This document shows positions 51,938-64,000 of a stretch of DNA of 64,000 nt, piece after piece. Under the pieces are notes generated by a model. That model was not told the DNA's origin, searched no databases, and saw only the letters and a list, made by a program, of their open reading frames with translations. Position numbers and translations under genes: made by a program. Within the stretch, counting starts at the first letter, position 1, and every line of letters starts with the position of its first letter. The DNA is from Octopus bimaculoides (Eukaryota): positions 25,608,121 through 25,672,120 of the forward strand of contig NC_068984.1 of assembly GCF_001194135.2 (NCBI RefSeq), written 5' to 3'.

Positions 51938-52087
51938 CAGGCGCGGTTCCAGGAATCTTTCAAAGGGAGGTCAGAAGGGAATACAATTCCAGGAGAGAAA
52001 GGCGTAATAACATTATTTAGAAGGGCGCACTTCTTTTCTTGAGGGGGGCACGTGACCCTCAACACCCCCTCCCTAGTTCTGCCCCTG
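51938..52087. mobile_element. 150-bp MITE with CAGG termini
   Basis: Imperfect TIRs caggcgcggttccagg / cctagttctgcccctg; TAAAG on both flanks. Confidence 0.6.
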
Positions 52088-55085
52088 TAAAGATACCGGA
52101 GTCTATGTTTGAATCATTTGAGCATTGTCTTCTTTACTAAAAATCATTCGATCTCATCTTTGGACTGTATGGTGATGCAAACAGGGAAAATAGAACTCAA
52201 AATATGAGTATATATATATTTTTATTAGTATTTAGCAGAANNNNNNNNNNNNNNNNNNNNNNNNNNNNNNNNNNNNNNNNNNNNNNNNNNNNNNNNNNNN
52301 NNNNNNNNNNNNNNNNNNNNNNNNNNNNNNNNNNNNNNNNNNNNNNNNNNNNNNNNNNNNNNNNNNNNNNNNNNNNNNNNNNNNNNNNNNNNNNNNNNNN
52401 NNNNNNNNNNNNNNNNNNNNNNNNNNNNNNNNNNNNNNNNNNNNNNNNNNNNNNNNNNNNNNNNNNNNNNNNNNNNNNNNNNNNNNNNNNNNNNNNNNNN
52501 NNNNNNNNNNNNNNNNNNNNNNNNNNNNNNNNNNNNNNNNNNNNNNNNNNNNNNNNNNNNNNNNNNNNNNNNNNNNNNNNGAAGTTGCTGGCCTTGTATC
52601 AAAATCTGAAACCAATATCTGGAACACACACACGTACACACATAGTGTGATAGAATTCAAGGAAATACATAACTTTCTCTGTGTTTTGAGTTCAAATCCT
52701 GTTGAAGTCAATTTTGTCTTTCGTCGCTCCAAGGTCGATAATAGAAAATATGCTAGTTGAGGTTTGGGATCAACGGTATCATGTTGACCTTGTGCCTTGA
52801 TTAGAAACAATTATTTGAAAAGGAACGCTTGCGATCACCTTGATAATTAAATCATGAACTTACTTTTTATTAATACTGTAATAGAAATTAGATTGTAGAT
52901 ATTCGTGCTATATAATTTGATAGTTACCATGGAAATTATATTTTATGACGTTAATATTAATTATTTCAATAAATCTATTTATATCTATCAAGGAGGAAAT
53001 TCTTATTCAGTGGCAATATTCACATCTCTAAAAGTACTTGCGCACCCCAAATAAATTTGCATAATTTATTCTATCCTAATTTTCTTTTATCGGCAAATTG
53101 TAGAAGTGTCGTTTGTTTTAAAGTTTTAGAGCTTTTGCCGTATTATTATAGTTTATTCTATCGATGAATAAATCAAATTAATTTTTTTTATTGCCTATTG
53201 TTCAAAGAATTTTTTTTACACAATCATAAACGACAATCAAACGTTATTTAATTTTCTGGTGCAAAGAAAAAAACAACTTTTAACGAACTAAATCAATATC
53301 CATGCTAAAAGCTTATCACAATCATTTGAATAGATGTTGTTATCGTCAATTTCATAACAATGGTATTCTTTTTTTAATACGTTAAACCACAATTATTTCA
53401 TGGATCCAATATTAACCACAAGCCAAACCTTTAACCCTGGAAATTAAAAACAGACGCACTTTTATTTATTCGTCCATATATTAAAATGGATTATATGGCT
53501 GTATTGGAACTTAGCTCTATGGAACTTGCGGTTTCAAGAGAAATCTTCATATAATAAAATAGTCTGTGTGTATAAGTGTACCCTTCTCTTGTTCCTGCAT
53601 TAATTATTTTCTTCTTTCCAGAGTCAATTCCACTGCCCCACGCCCACCATTACATTTCCTGCATACGTCGACTTGCATCAATCTCACTAGTTTCGGGAGG
53701 CTGGCCTAGCTTCTGGGCACAAACTGTTCCTCTTGAACAAACCATTAAAAATTAAAGTGGGAAAAAAAAAGCCCCCATCCCCATATTTTTTCACCACTGG
53801 TTCAATCTTTTTGTCCGATATTAACTTGTAATTAGATTTTACAGAAGGCATTTTGAGGTTCACCTTTTTGCAACTACATGGTTTCAGGTTCACTCCAACG
53901 GCGCTGCACGTTAAGTAAGCGATTTCTTCTAAAACCCTGGGCCCACTAATGTCTTGTGAGTGAATGTGGTACATGGAAACCGTGTGGAAGCCCATCATAT
54001 ATACATGTGTATGTCTTTTGAGTCTTTGTTCCCACCACCACCACCGCTTAACAACTGTATACACCTCCGAGATTTAGCAGTTTCGCAAAAGACACCAGTA
54101 GAATATGTACAAGACTTAAAAAGACACACAAAAAAAGTATTGGGATTGATTTGTTCAAAGCGTTCCTCAACATGACCGTAGTCCAACAACTGCAACAAAT
54201 AAAAGAAGATTGCAACTGAAAATTTTCGATCGCTAACTACAGATTTCAAAGTCAGGCTCCTTTTTGCCTAAAGACAACCGAGAATAGGCGCTGAGAAATG
54301 AAACTGAAATGCTTCGATCCTATTTAATTCTTTTGTAATTCTATTATAAACATTAAAAACAAAACTAATTCTATAGAAAACAAAGGAAGTTTCATTTATA
54401 GCCCGTAGCTTTAAAAAAAACCTGAACTGTTTTATGGGAAAGCCTATTTAGAAATAGCTTTTCACTTAGCATAATATATTGTTATATAAAGAGTGAGAGA
54501 TAATAGGTGAATCTATTGTGTTGATTTACAATAAAGAATTGGTGGTGCATAACAATATCTCTTAAGATATAACGTAAAAACTAAAAGAAAATGAAACGTT
54601 GACGGAGAAAAATACCTGCGATATAATAATTTTAGTCAAAATAGAAAATATTTTCATTATACTCTACGTCAGTGACTTTGATTATAAGCTCTTCCCCTGT
54701 AGATTTTTTTGATATAATCTGCCATTTACCTCCTTACTTCTATGAGCCTAAGAAACATTAGGTCACATATATCGGACAAAGGATTCAATATCGATGCAAA
54801 ATTCAATAATTATATTCAAGCGAAATGCTAGTTAAATGTGACTTTGAAGTTTCGCCATTAGCAACCTGTCAGTGTATGTGTGTGTGCAATATTTTATTTG
54901 TTTCATTCATTACCCTAAGGCCATGCTAAGGCACTGCTTTGAAGGGCTTCATTCGAACAAATTGGTCCCAGTACTTTATTGATATTTTATTAATCGACAC
55001 CATAAACTTTTTTTAAAGTTTGGTACTTATCTCTCTCTTTTGACGTACTGCTAAGTTGCAAACCGGTCGTGTGTGTATATATAAT

Positions 55086-55296
55086 TCTCTTATTTTTTTA
55101 CTTGTTTCAGTCATTTGACTGCAGCCATGCTGAGCAGCGCCTTAAAGATTTTTTTTAGCTGAAGAAATCGACTCCAGGACTTATTCTTTGTAATCCTATG
55201 ACTTACTCTGTCGTTTCTTTCGCCGAACCGCTAACTTACGGGGATGTAAACACACCAACATCGGTTATCAAGCGATGGTGGGTGGACAAACACAAA

Positions 55297-55371
<75 letters not shown>

Positions 55372-55770
55372 GACGGGCTTCTTTCAGTTTCCGTCTACCA
55401 AATCCACTCATAAGGCTTTGATCGGCCCGAGGCTAAAGTAGAAGACACTTGCCCAAGGTGCCACACAGTTTCTGTCTACTAAATCCACTGACAAGGCGTT
55501 GGTCGATCGAATCCAAGTCACAGGGGTTTTGTCCGGTGGGTGGGACTTGTCTGAGGAGGTTTTGTCCTAGTAGGGTTTCGTCCGGATCCCATAAATTGAT
55601 TGTGACTTTTTTTTCTTGTAACTTTTTTCCTAGCAAAAATTGCGACTTTATTACCGGTCACCGGTCGATCTATGGTTAAAGGAGAAGCCACTTGTCCAAG
55701 GTATTACGCAGTGGAGTTGAACCCGAAACCACGCAGTTGCAATACGAGCTTCTTAACCATACCACCGTAA
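55086..55770 (-). mobile_element. SINE family A with internal duplication and a foreign insert at about 55510-55655
   Basis: Tail and core at 55086-55467, core repeated to about 55508, head at 55675-55770. Confidence 0.75.
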
Positions 55771-56335
55771 CGCATAATTTGCATTAATGAAATTTTATTG
55801 AGGTAGGTTTTTTTCCAAAACTATAGATTACGATTTTGCTTATGAAATTACTATTGTTTTTGTTTTTTGTTTTTTTAATACTCAGAAAGAAAAGAAGTCC
55901 ATGGCATTTTAATCATTCAATAACCAGCTGATGATCATGGCACGACATAAAAAAAACTTCCGGCGCTATCCTCATTGATATTATTCATTACCAACATAAA
56001 ACATAATAAAACTTGAGTTTATGTTTAACATATTTACATTGTAATGCAAATCAAAAGTATTCTAGCTATTGAAAACTGGATTTGTATAGATATCTTTTCT
56101 TTTCGAGTAAAATAAGTAGTTTAAAAGTAAATTTCATCAACGTAATCATATTCTACAGCTTCGAAGAAATATATCTGCAAAATTTCCTTGAAAAATGTAC
56201 GTTATTAGAGAAGCTATATATAGAAACATAGACGGCAGTGGAGCATCAAACTGTAGTTATGCCTCAAACATTTGGAACTTGCATTAATTCGGTTTAAGTT
56301 CTCGAAAGAAAATATATTTTAACAAACTAATAATA

Positions 56336-56730
56336 GGCGCAAGCATGGCTGCATAGTTAAAAAGCTAGCTTCGCAACCATGTGATTTAAAATTCAGTCTC
56401 ACTGCACGGTACTTTAAGCAAATGTCTTCTACTATAACCCCAGGTCGACCAATGCCTAGTGAGTGAATTTGGTAGTCGGAAACTGTACAGAAGCCCATCC
56501 TATGTGAGTGTGTGTCTTTGTGTTTGTCTCCACCACCGCTTCACAACTGCTGCCGGTTTGCTTATGTCCCCGTAAATCAGCGGTTTAGCAAAAGCTACCG
56601 ATAGAATAAGTACCAAATTTAAAAAATATTAATAATATAAACTGGAGTCGAGTTGTTCGACTGAAATCCTTCTAGACGGTGCTCCAGCACTGGCGCAGTC
56701 CAAAGACTGAAACAAGTAAAAGATAGAAGA
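56336..56730 (+). mobile_element. SINE family A, full length
   Basis: Collinear with 11311-11716. Confidence 0.85.
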
Positions 56731-58719
56731 TAGTAAACGCAATGAAAAATATTAAATTTTGATTATTCTCGTAGTTTGATGCACTCTTGTTGTTATTGAG
56801 ACCTAGTTCATGACTGATTGAACATCCTGTCATTTTGTATATCAAGAACTATATTGTCCGATGTATCCATCCTCTTTCTTTAAACACGGTAATGTCTAAT
56901 AAGATAGAAATTTGGCTGTTATTTCTAGCATGCCAAATGAACATATAAATGTTTTAAATGGTCCTTCGTTTGGATTGTTCGATACACCTTTAGAATTTAT
57001 AAGCTATAGCTTTTTGATGGACTAAAACTACCAAGATGAAAGAAATACAACACTTCAGCCATTCTTCCAGAAATCCTTTAGAATCATAAAACTAGTTTAT
57101 ACAATGAAAAAAGAAAAGAAAGAAAAGTCATTGAATGGATTTAAAGAGATGCTAATTAACTGCAATAAGAGTAAATATTGGCGATATGCCCAGTAGTTAG
57201 AGAAACAATTAAAATGCAACCCAACACAGTTACTCTCATATAAAGACCAGTATTCATAACAAATATTCTGATCTCGCTCGACAATGGTATGAACACAAAC
57301 CCTGTGCAGTGGAGCAAACAAAACGAACTAGTTAACATTTTTATGAACTGTGCCCAAACAGTGTGAAAAAAATATTACATTCTTTTTACATGATTTCACG
57401 ATAGATAGATAGGTAGTTAGATATAGACATAGAGAGAGAGGGGAAGACTGAGATACAAGCACGCATGCACGCGTTTGATTGAACAATCAAGTCAAAATGT
57501 AATTAATATCTGTAGTGGAGTTTATTCGTTAGAAGCTGAAACATTCACTCCGTCACTGGTCAGAATTACACGATACTTGCGATCCTTGAGGTCACAAAAA
57601 GCCGTTTTTGTCACTTAAGGACTGCAACAGCGAGAAACTCTGAGTTATAACGGAGATAATAATCAGCTTCAAATGAATACACACTCACACACATTTAAAA
57701 TATATCGTTAAGGAGAACGTATGTAACTTGTAATAGTGCAGTTCTCACAATTAAGTTAGAAAAATTTCAGTTATATTGGAGATGACATTGAGGCGTAAAG
57801 AGAATTAAACTACATGGCATTATGGTTTGTTTTCACTGTTCATAGATTTCAATTCATTTGGTATGATCTCCCCACACACTTTGAAACTGTTATTCTGTAA
57901 GAATCTATTCATAGTAATTGGCTGTTCTGTCGAATGACATTTCATCTAAGGATATATCAGAAATTCGTTCACTTATAACTTTAACTTGATCTGACATCCA
58001 AACGCAAACTTATTAACTGTTAAAAGTGAACTTCGTGGAGGAAGTAGGTATATTTTAAAGAACATTAGAAAAGCCATAACATTACGATTTGAATAACCAT
58101 AGCAATGTAGTTTGCTGGTTCAATATTAGAGATAAGAGCAGATGTAAATTCACGAGGTTAGACATCGTACTTTTTCCGATCCATTTCCAAAACCCTCCTC
58201 CTCAAAGCAATGGAATTTGAAAGAATGTATTTCACTATAAATGACAGTAGGGGTTATTATTCATTCCAAAAATCTTTTCTATTCGACAAAGATATCTATA
58301 TATCGTTGTCAATATAGGGTCCCGGGATTGAGCGAAAATTTGTAATCTCATCGGATTATTCATCGTACACAAGGTCGACGCACCTAGTATCCATGCATTT
58401 ATAGTTATGTAAAAGTTTTAGATGTAAATGGTTACAAAGTATAACAAACCAACATCATCACAATGATCCTGTATCTACAAATAACAGGAATATTGAGCCT
58501 TATAACCGTAAAAAATCTCTGAATTATGTCCCTTCCCTTACCACAAATACAATTCTGAAGCGTACCAACTTGTGCGTCAGGGACAATTTAAGAATCGTTG
58601 CGTGTGAATGCGCATGAATACCACATTATCGAGCTAAGCTAAAGAAGAAAACTACTAATTAAAAAATTTCATGATCTATTGTAATCCACAGCAACAAATA
58701 ATGAATAGATATGAACGTA

Positions 58720-58860
58720 GGCTCGAAACGTCAAAGACTTTTCTATTCTTCCCAAGCGTAAAACTAATACACCTGCTTGTTGTTCCTTCACCTGTCTTCG
58801 TCTTTTGTTTCCTGTGAAACTCGTTTTCTGTTTTCGTTTCTCATTGTGTTTAACGTTTTT
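58720..58860 (+). mobile_element. Penelope-like terminal repeat remnant with the 3' half of a hammerhead
   Basis: gctcGAAACGTCaaagactt. Confidence 0.4.
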
Positions 58861-58949
58861 TTTTTATGTCCTGTACCCATATATGCATGTATGTATACAT
58901 ATAGATGTAGGTATGTACATATATGTATGNNNNNNNNNNACACACACAC

Positions 58950-59022
<73 letters not shown>

Positions 59023-60924
59023 GAGAGAGAGAGGGGGGAGCTAGGTTCATCTGAGTTCCACACACACAGATATGTGTGTGTGGGGGGGCATTTTCAACTC
59101 TATATATATACTTCAACTTATGGTGTTTCGAGTTACGTTTTTGTCTTTTCGACTCTACTGTTTTTTTTTAAAGAAATTAATGGGAAAAGTACACCTCGAC
59201 TGCAGTCGATTTATCCGACTTCGCGTATCAGTGAACATATTTAAAAGCATAAACACCTAAAAACCAAGACTGAAGTGGAAAATTAAAGAAGATACAGATG
59301 AAAATATGTACAGACCATTTATTAAAATAGATCTACGCTAATAATTTTTTTTTAATGCTTTTTTCGAGTTACGTCGTTTTTCGACTTAAGTCGCATGTCT
59401 TGGAGCCAATTTCAAATAAAATGAAGTAAAAAATTGGATTCAAAGAATCAAGCAAAACTCGTAGTAAACACTCCCGCGAGGATAGGGAATCAGTTTACAT
59501 AGTAAATGAATTACGATTGTAGCTTAACTTGTTGAACAACTTAAAATCCAGAATATACAAGCAGTAGATATTTCCCCGGGGAGTAACTAATCCTCTCTAC
59601 TATAGGCACAATGCCTGAAATTTGGAAGAGGGGGAATAATCGATTGCATCAACCCTAGTACTCATCTGGCACTTATTTTATCGACTCCGAAAGGATGAAA
59701 GGCAAAGTCGACCTCGGCGGAACTTGAACTCGGAACATGAAGACGGACGAAATACCACCAAGCTTTTCGCTCGGCATACGAACGATTCTGCTAGCTCGCC
59801 GCCTTCCGAGGAGTAAATAATAATCAGGTCTATGAAACGTGAATATAGATTTATTATTTCCATATGATTACAGCTGTTTCGTAATCTCAATGAACTATTA
59901 TTAATTCCAACATTCCAAATTATATACGTACATCTTACATCAATACGCATATTTAGCATTATATAAATACAGTTGTATATTTACATAAAGGTATATGATC
60001 ATATATACCGGAACATCGTGGATACGTAAAGGACATAAATTATTAAAGGACACTTCATAAATTTGTATTGGTTATTTGTTATTCTAATTTGAGTCGCATG
60101 TCTCTATTCGAGTTGAAATTTAGATTTTAAAAAAAGTCATGATCATCGTCACTGGAACACTTGACTCTAAATTCCATAAAAAAGACGAGATAGTCACGAC
60201 TGGCTTGCCTTTTGTCTTACAAATGGCCAACAGTTGAAAAATTTGGGAGAAAAAACAAACTAATTCCTTGAAAAGGACAAGAACGTCACGGTTAGAATGG
60301 TTTCGCTCAGGCTAATACTTGATAATGAATTCTTATTTTTCGCTGACGCGACGTTGCTTTTCATACGTTCTATTAATATTATTGTGTATTATATGAAATA
60401 ATGGGTGTCTACGACTTATTTTTCGTTACGATCATTTTATACCCCGACAATTTTATTATAACGGAATTCCATCTTTATACACTCATATTCATATCCATAT
60501 GTATACGTACATATACACACATAATACGTACATATGTACATACGTATTATCAAGTGCAATGTTAAATAAGTCTGTTCGTGAATGAAATATTGATGTTTCT
60601 GTGACTGCAAAGGAAACGTTAACAATAAGCAGAATGATTTAATAGAAGGTCGACTGTAAGGTACTTTTTTATATTTTCAGTTTATCTGCTTTGCTTTCAA
60701 TTTCACCCAGACAAGACATAAGCACGCAATGATTTCATTTATGCACAGGATTGCGTTTGTAAACACAATATGCATGCATGCATACATACATATATAGTAA
60801 CGATGCACATGCGCGCGGACAAACACCAAATAAAGAGACATGTTCACATAGGTACGTTCGTCTATATATATGCGATTAGGACAAAAGCTCTCTAGGACAA
60901 AAGACCCACGGTTATATTTTTTCG

Positions 60925-61432
60925 TTTTTAGAATTTTTAGTTGAATGTATCGACCCCAGATTTTTTTTTACTTGTTGCAGTTATTAGACTGCGGCCGGCC
61001 ATGCTGGGGCACCACCTCGAATTTTTTTAGATGGCTGTTTCGAACCCAGAATTTTTTTTAAGCTTGATTACTTCTGTGATATAATTCATTTTTGTGTTTC
61101 TTTTTACTTGTTGCAGTCATTAGACTGCGGCCATGCTGGGGCACCACCTTGATGAATTTTTAGTTGATTTTATCGACCCCAGAATGTTTTTTAGATGATT
61201 TTCAACCAGCACATGAAATTAAGCCTAGAAGGTCTCTCGACATGCTAGAAATAACAGCCAAATCTCTTGAAATATTTTTTCTAACCCACCTCGCTTATAT
61301 TTTTTGGTTATTCTTCGTTTTTTTATATTTTCTAAAAATCTTTTTACTTCTTTTAGTCACTGGACGGCGGCCATGCTGGGGCACCGCTTTGAATTTTCAG
61401 TCGAATGTATCGACCGCAGAATCTTTTTTAGG
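60925..61432 (-). repeat. Head-to-tail copies of the SINE family A 3' module
   Basis: gactgcggccatgctggggcaccac..tatcgaccccagaa recurs near 60985, 61125 and 61365. Confidence 0.8.
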
Positions 61433-62802
61433 TGATTTTCAACCTCGGTGGAATTTGAACTCAGAACATAAGGACAGACGAAATACCGCTAAGCATTTCG
61501 CCCGGCGTGCTAACGTTTCTGCCAGCTCGCCGCCTTAAATATGTAAAATATGAAGACATTTGATGAAAAATATCTATAATAAAATTCTAATTGATGAATA
61601 TAAATTTTTAAAAAAACAAAACACGCGGGTGAAGTAAATCTCGTGGTGTGAAGAATCAACACAACGTGCAGGTGAAGTGAAACACAACGCAACGTGCGGT
61701 TGTCATGGTAACTACCTGTCAATTGGCTAAAAATACCCAAATGTCCCAACTTTAATTCCAAATAGCATCAGATTCTTTAATTTACGAGATAAAGTAATTG
61801 GTTGATCGTAATAAAAATTCAGAGTTGCATCGATACACCAAAATTGAAAGCAATCTGAGCAAAATTAAAGGGGACTCATTTTGCGAATGGAAAAAATCTA
61901 GATCCAAGAAAATAAGTACTGAGGCCAATTTGTTTGACCACATCCTTCAAGGCGATACCTCTGCGCGGCCGCTGTCCAATGACTGAAACAAGTAAAAAGT
62001 AGGGAAAAAAGTTCAAAATGCTAACGTGTTTATCAAATTGATAAAATGATTTACCGACATAAACTGAAATATCACCACCTAATGGTAAACCTCTGTCTTC
62101 GTTGGATTTTAATCTAATGAAGAAAGCTATTTATTTATCGAATGTGAAAGTAAAAAACATCACTTAAGTAGACCATAAATATTCGTTATGAGCCTATGAA
62201 ACTTTACATATCAAGATTGGTGCTTCATCACTGTTGCCCTTAGTAACTTCAGAACACTTTATATTATTAAAAATATAACATTTTCATTTGAATGATATTA
62301 ATTTATGCGAACATTTTCACGTTCTTTTTGATACAGATTTTTTAAGCACTTACTTCAACGTTGTCTTTCAAACTGTTAGAGTAACAGTCAAGTTTCTCTC
62401 AAGTTAAAAAATCCTACGTCTTATGTATCTAAAAAAAGATACATTAAATAATATATTCTCTGATAGCCCTTAAAAACGATACGATAAGTAACAACGGCTA
62501 GAATGCTTTTGATCATAGATTTGTTCGATCAAAGTTGACTTGGGACTTAACCACAATAAGATGACAATTCAAATGGATAAATTGTCAAATGCTCATAAAA
62601 GATAAAAGACATCAAAGAACGAATGTACGTTCTGTGGGGATGGTATTAAAACTATGCATTTAATTTAATATATAATCGATAAAACGATACAAAATGAAAG
62701 GAATTTTGAAAATACAGAAAGTTTTAATGAGATACAAAATGCAAATATGACCTGGGGTTAAACAACAATATATGCACTCACTCGCACACATGCGTGCACA
62801 CG

Positions 62803-62845
<43 letters not shown>

Positions 62846-64000
62846 TTAAGAAAAGACTGAATGACACGAGAAAACAAGGAAAAACTGTACTGAAACTGAA
62901 ATTAGAAGATTGTTGAGAAAGGAGACGGTTGTTATATTCAACGGTAAACGAGTTCTCAGACAAGATATTAAACAGGAGAAAATAGCAAAGATTTTATTCT
63001 GAAAAATGTATTTTTACCTGATCCTTCCACAATAATTTCTTTGTAATAAAGTGCATATACATGTACTTCAAGTAGATTCCATGTATTTAAGAATTTCTTA
63101 CATAGTTCCACCAATTCTGTGCCAACCAAAATTAGTTTCCTCTTGCAACATAACTGTGAAAACTAAATATGGCATTGTTGGCTAAAAAGTGTCTTACTTC
63201 TTATCTACACAGTGATGTAGGTTCGATTCCTAGAAGAAATAATCTGCCCTTTATTAAACATGATGATAGCGTGTTAACAGAGCCAAGCAGGTAAAAAGGA
63301 AGATTATTTAATTGTTGTTTAGTCACAGACCACCCATAATTAAACAGATCTCTAATTAAAAGCATTCTAACCATTACTATTCTGTTTTTTACATTTCCCC
63401 ACCAACAACCATATCTAATGTAGGGTGTTATTTAAGCGGTTGTTATTTCCGCTAGGTCGAAGGACCAAGTAGTAACTCACTAGTTGGTTACAGGCGATGA
63501 GGTTGTTACTGTTAACTCCAGGTCGGCTCAGATCAAACATGTCATTAATCAAAAACCAGTCCAACCGTCAGTATCACATTTTTTGCATACACACTCGAAT
63601 TAGGATTATATATTATCCAATTTGTTTTGCTTATAAGGATCTGTAGAAGGGCCGCTATTTCTAACATCTCAACAAGATGCTAGAAATAGCATCCAGGTGA
63701 CTCAAGCACACGACTGCTTTGGAAACTGTTTAACGATACCCAACTATTTGATTCACCGTTCAACAATGGCGTCATATATTTTACGTACATTGAAGCCTCA
63801 AGCGTTGGCATTATGATGCATCACTATACAAGCAAAAGATTATGACGTAATACTAGAAACAATTTTATGGACAGTACAGCTCATCATATTCTCCAAAGTA
63901 GTAAAAGAACTTGATATTCATTCTTCCCCACTCAAGTTTTACACACACACACACACACACACACATGTATATATGTGTGCATGTATTATATATATATATA

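Noticed and set aside
58200-58640. Possible Penelope RT remnant upstream of the half hammerhead
   Set aside because: Only vague motif resemblance; not supportable without a translated search.
5030-59244. Many track ORFs made of YI, HT, ER, CV runs or X
   Set aside because: Translations of microsatellites and N-gaps.

Overview
AT-rich eukaryotic genomic DNA with many (TA)n/(CA)n/(GA)n microsatellites and five N-gaps. The repeat content (tRNA-derived SINEs, RTE LINEs with (GAT)n tails, mariner, hAT MITEs) points to an octopod cephalopod; this assignment is by recognition, not a search. No conserved host protein could be named with confidence. Positions 1 to about 36 kb are strongly CpG-depleted and look like the methylated, intron-dominated body of a minus-strand gene whose likely first exon and promoter lie at about 41 kb. 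The region from about 39 kb to 64 kb keeps its CpGs and looks like promoter and upstream or intergenic DNA. Most recognisable content is transposon-derived: RTE and CR1-type RT remnants, an internally deleted mariner, hAT and GGATC-ended MITEs with exact target-site duplications (TSDs), gag-like LINE ORF1 remnants and many SINEs. The most interesting signals are (i) several type I hammerhead-ribozyme folds, two sets of them in Penelope-like palindromes, with two sets within 500 bp at 43.2-43.7 kb; (ii) an RTE insertion with a clean 5'-inversion (twin-priming) structure; (iii) an apparently ORF1-only LINE; and (iv) a speculative chain of frame-preserving microexons.
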